Part shown: positions 60,325 to 64,000 of the stretch, piece by piece
Numbering within the stretch: the first letter of the stretch is position 1
Layout: every line of letters begins with the position of its first letter
Assembly: GCA_051362555.1 (NCBI GenBank)
Contig: CM120640.1
Span: 33,375,967-33,439,966, forward strand
Direction of reading: 5' to 3'
DNA length: 64,000 bases
Source of the DNA: Lingula anatina
Lineage: Eukaryota; Animalia; Brachiopoda
Made by a program: the position numbers and the translations under genes
Notes under the pieces: model-generated
What the model was told of the DNA's origin: nothing
Databases searched by the model: none
Seen by the model: the letters and a program-made list of their open reading frames with translations, nothing else

Positions 60325-63300
60325 CATCTGAGCGTATTAGACTGGCTACTGAAAAATGGCTCATTCAGCATGCAAGAACAAGCTATTTTCATGTGAAGAT
60401 GAAAAAAAAAAGGAAAAAATGTCTTCAGAGATAAAGATGGTGCAATTTCCCAGATTCATCACCTTTTTGTCACAAAATGCCATCTGCACTTTAAAACATT
60501 TTGGCATCATCACCCAGATTCAGTTCTTTGTAATGTGACAGTAGTCATGTTATTTGCAGAGTCAAAGATATACTGTTCCTCCTGAAAATAGGTATCATTA
60601 CGAGCTTTCTGCTGGCACTGTCTAAAGAGAAAGGTTATTGCGGGACTAATAACAATGGAGAACAAAAACAAGTTGTAGCTCCTTTTATACCAAGGAGTTG
60701 GTAGGATGGCTGCCACTATCATTTCCAAGCACTAAAAACACCATTAAAAGTACAGAGTTTATTAGATTTATTATTATTACTATTATCATATTTTTGTGTA
60801 ACTTTGTTTTACAAAATATTTCAGTTGAGGTTGTTTTATGTGAATGTTTGAAAAGCTAAGTAACTTGTTAACCGAGGCCATTAGAGCAGATTACCTGAGA
60901 TATGGTAATATTTTACAAATGCAAAATAAAGTGTTATAGTCACTGGATATGAAAAAAAAATTAGAAAGGCCATATTTTAAATATTTAAGAAAATAAGTAT
61001 TTACAATACTTACAATTTACAATACACCATTAAGAAGGTGATATGCCTGAGAAAACTAAAATGTTCTAAATTATAATAAAATTTTATATCATGCACCAAA
61101 GCTATTGATGGAGAGATATGGCAGAACCTGGTTAGGGAAATGTGCTCTGAAACCTTAAAAAGATAACAACTGTTTGTTTTAGCCAAAAAATGAATTTTCC
61201 TGAGGTTAACGACAATTTTCCCATCCTTACCAATGGTGAATCTATTTCTACATTCAAATGATCAATTTTCAAATAAAAGTTAGTCCCTGTTTTTTTTGTT
61301 TTTTTTTTCTAAAAGGCAAGCACAGATTTCAGAATAATTGCTATAACTTTTTTTGTGGTAAAATAAAATGTATTATATTTCTATGAGTTGTTTACATTCT
61401 ATTTATTGTGTAATATAATTTCATATGAAGAGTTGTTATCCCTTTAATTTTAGTGGAAAGAAAAAATGAAATAAACATAGAGCGAGAGAGGAAAGGTCAG
61501 GAAGAAAATCCAAATCAGTTTTAATGAAATTTTTACTTTGAGGATTTTGCAAATATGCATAAAAATTCAACAAAACAATACATTTTTCTACAATGAATAT
61601 ATTTTCATGGGAAGAAAAGCTTCATTTACAATGATAAAATTGAGATCAAAATTTGTAATCAATACATCTAAAATTCTATCTAAAATACTTATTCTAAAGA
61701 TGTATTGCTAAGTTCAACTTTAGCTGTTGTTAATAAATTACATACATGTGTTTTAATTGTAGAGAACTTCTATTATGGCGTCCTAAGTCTTTAGTTTTCA
61801 ATATGCTAATATTTGAAGCACCTTACATCACTGAACCTTGTCTACTGGCTCAGCCTATTCATACAAAGTGTCAAATTTATTGTGCAAAAGGTTTCATGAG
61901 AAATACACATCTAAGAGACAATTACTAAAAATCACTGCTAGCTGATCAGAGCTGTGCAATTATATTTACACCCACTTGTATAATACTAAAAACAAAACTA
62001 ACTACAGGGTTTCCTTGTATATTGCATTGAGATATTTCAGTTTATATTTCCAATTTTTTGGCTTTAAGGGCCAGTTCTTGAGATAAGAGACAAAATAAAG
62101 TTTTTCAACAGATTTTTCGAGGTCTTCACCAATTTTCCAGTTTTAACAACCATCAACAAGTTGATCTACCAGCCCATTATCATTTACGGAAATGCCATTT
62201 CACTGCTATTTTCTATTGAACAGATAGATTTTTTTTTAAATTTCACTTCCAGCACTTAGATTCAGGGTAATAATCTTGTTACTAAGAAAGGACATAAATG
62301 AGGCAGTAGTGAAAAACCAGATTAAATCTGGCACTCTCCAAAATTTACTTCTACTTCACAAACATGTTTAAAGTCAAGTGTACCATCAATTCATTACTGC
62401 ATAGTTCCTGACTCAATGCTGCCATTATCAAATGTTAGAAAAATGTAAAATAAAAGTTAAAAAAATTCATGTGCAGAGATGCTATATAACATTCTTCAAT
62501 TTAACAATTAATACAATAAAATCAATAAGCAATCTTTTATATTAATGTGTTCATGACACAATTAAAAACAAGCCAAAGAAATGACATCACATCTATCATA
62601 AAAAGGAAGTATATTGCATAGTAGATATTATCAGTTCTTATAATATATATACTTGAATGTTATTATAAATTACAATTCCAAAAGTTTCCTTATGCACAAA
62701 AAACTGTTTCTAAGTTAAAAATAAAAACGCCAGAAATTTTCAATAAAACTGACCATGCACAAACACATACAAAATGTGGGCATGGTAGATAAAACGTTTC
62801 TGAATAACTTACCAAAATTCAAACTTCATCAAACCTTTTAGATTTCCTCTTCAACTGTGAGAATCCTTTTATTATTTTGCAGCAAGAAGAATCTCTTTTA
62901 AATGTCTGTTTTTATATGTTTCTTGCATATAACTGTACTATTTCATTCTGCAGACATATAGGTTAAGTTACACTGGCATTATTTCTATAGCCAAACACTC
63001 TGTGTGCTTTCGGTTAACGAACATCTCTCTTGTGCATTTTCAAATTGGGATATCTGAAATATAAATTGGAAGCGTAACACATTATATAGTTTGAACAGTA
63101 AAAAAAAACAAGTAAAAAAAAATTAAAAACATGTAAATAAACAATCACACACACACATACAATCATAATGTGGAGATGAAATATACTGTTAGATTTATTA
63201 GCAAAGTATCCATCATACACTCAAACAAAAGCTTATTCTAGATTCATAAGTGTTACGATAGAAAAATTTTTAATAAATAATTGTGAGGTCTGTTTGTTCA

Positions 63301-64000
63301 AATTTTAAATGAGAAATTTTAATATAAATACATCCATCAATTTATCATGGCTCAGTATCATTTCTCTGAAAAAATTCTCTTCCCAACCAATAAAAATGCC
63401 CTATTGACATTATCATGTTTTAATATGCCTATTAATTATTGCAGAACACTACGGTATCTCTTTTGTAAAAGAGCTTAAACAAAATAACACATTTGTTTTA
63501 TGACCAAATGTTGAATTATATTTATCCCAGGACTTTATGTACAAATGAGGAATATGAAGAGTAAGATTATAAGAAATGCTATAAGTAAGCAGGATGAGAC
63601 GGAACCAACTTTTACTCTGCAAATTGAAGGAAAAAGAAGGTTATGCCATTTATTTCAGAAGAACAAACCGAGGTCAAATTTTCTGGTTTTCCCTTGGTTA
63701 TGGTGACAAAATTCAGATTTTGATCTTCATGTGAAAATCTCTATGATACATTTAATAATGTACAAACTGAATAAAGAATAATGATGAGACTGCATTCATC
63801 CACTCCCAGGTGTCAGTATATATATTATTTAGAATTCAGTATATTGCAACTTTCTGGAACATTAAAAAATGTTAACTTTTGTCTGCAGCTGAAGTAAGAA
63901 TAACTTTACCTTCTTTAAAATCTTGCTAGTACTCAGAAAGTTTGATCCAAGCTTTGAAAGATGTTTATTAATTTTTTTCACGGTTTTTGAGACTCTGCAA

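Overview
AT-rich, intron-dense animal genomic DNA. It is probably from a lophotrochozoan or mollusc, inferred only from the Helentron/HINE-type repeats. From left to right the window holds: (1) a 5.8-kb nest of transposon remnants, bounded by terminal inverted repeats, that interrupts a Tc1/mariner transposase; (2) three tandem SLC10 (Na+/bile-acid symporter family) genes on the minus strand, two intact with 3 exons and one internally deleted in frame, with a Gypsy pol remnant between copies 2 and 3; (3) VPS51 (minus) head-to-head with meiotic cohesin REC8 (plus); (4) kinesin-5 KIF11/Eg5 (minus), with intronic MITEs and a 3 x 294-bp tandem repeat at its promoter; (5) a TTC31-like gene (minus) with a J-domain/TPR/UBA/RRM/CCCH architecture; and (6) a possible divergent microprotein or lncRNA. 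The most notable items are the chaperone-ubiquitin-RNA multidomain TTC31-like protein, the SLC10 copy that lost almost exactly one structural repeat, and the reconstructable duplication and transposon history. No prokaryote-type systems were seen. Exon boundaries were read by eye and may be off by a few bases.
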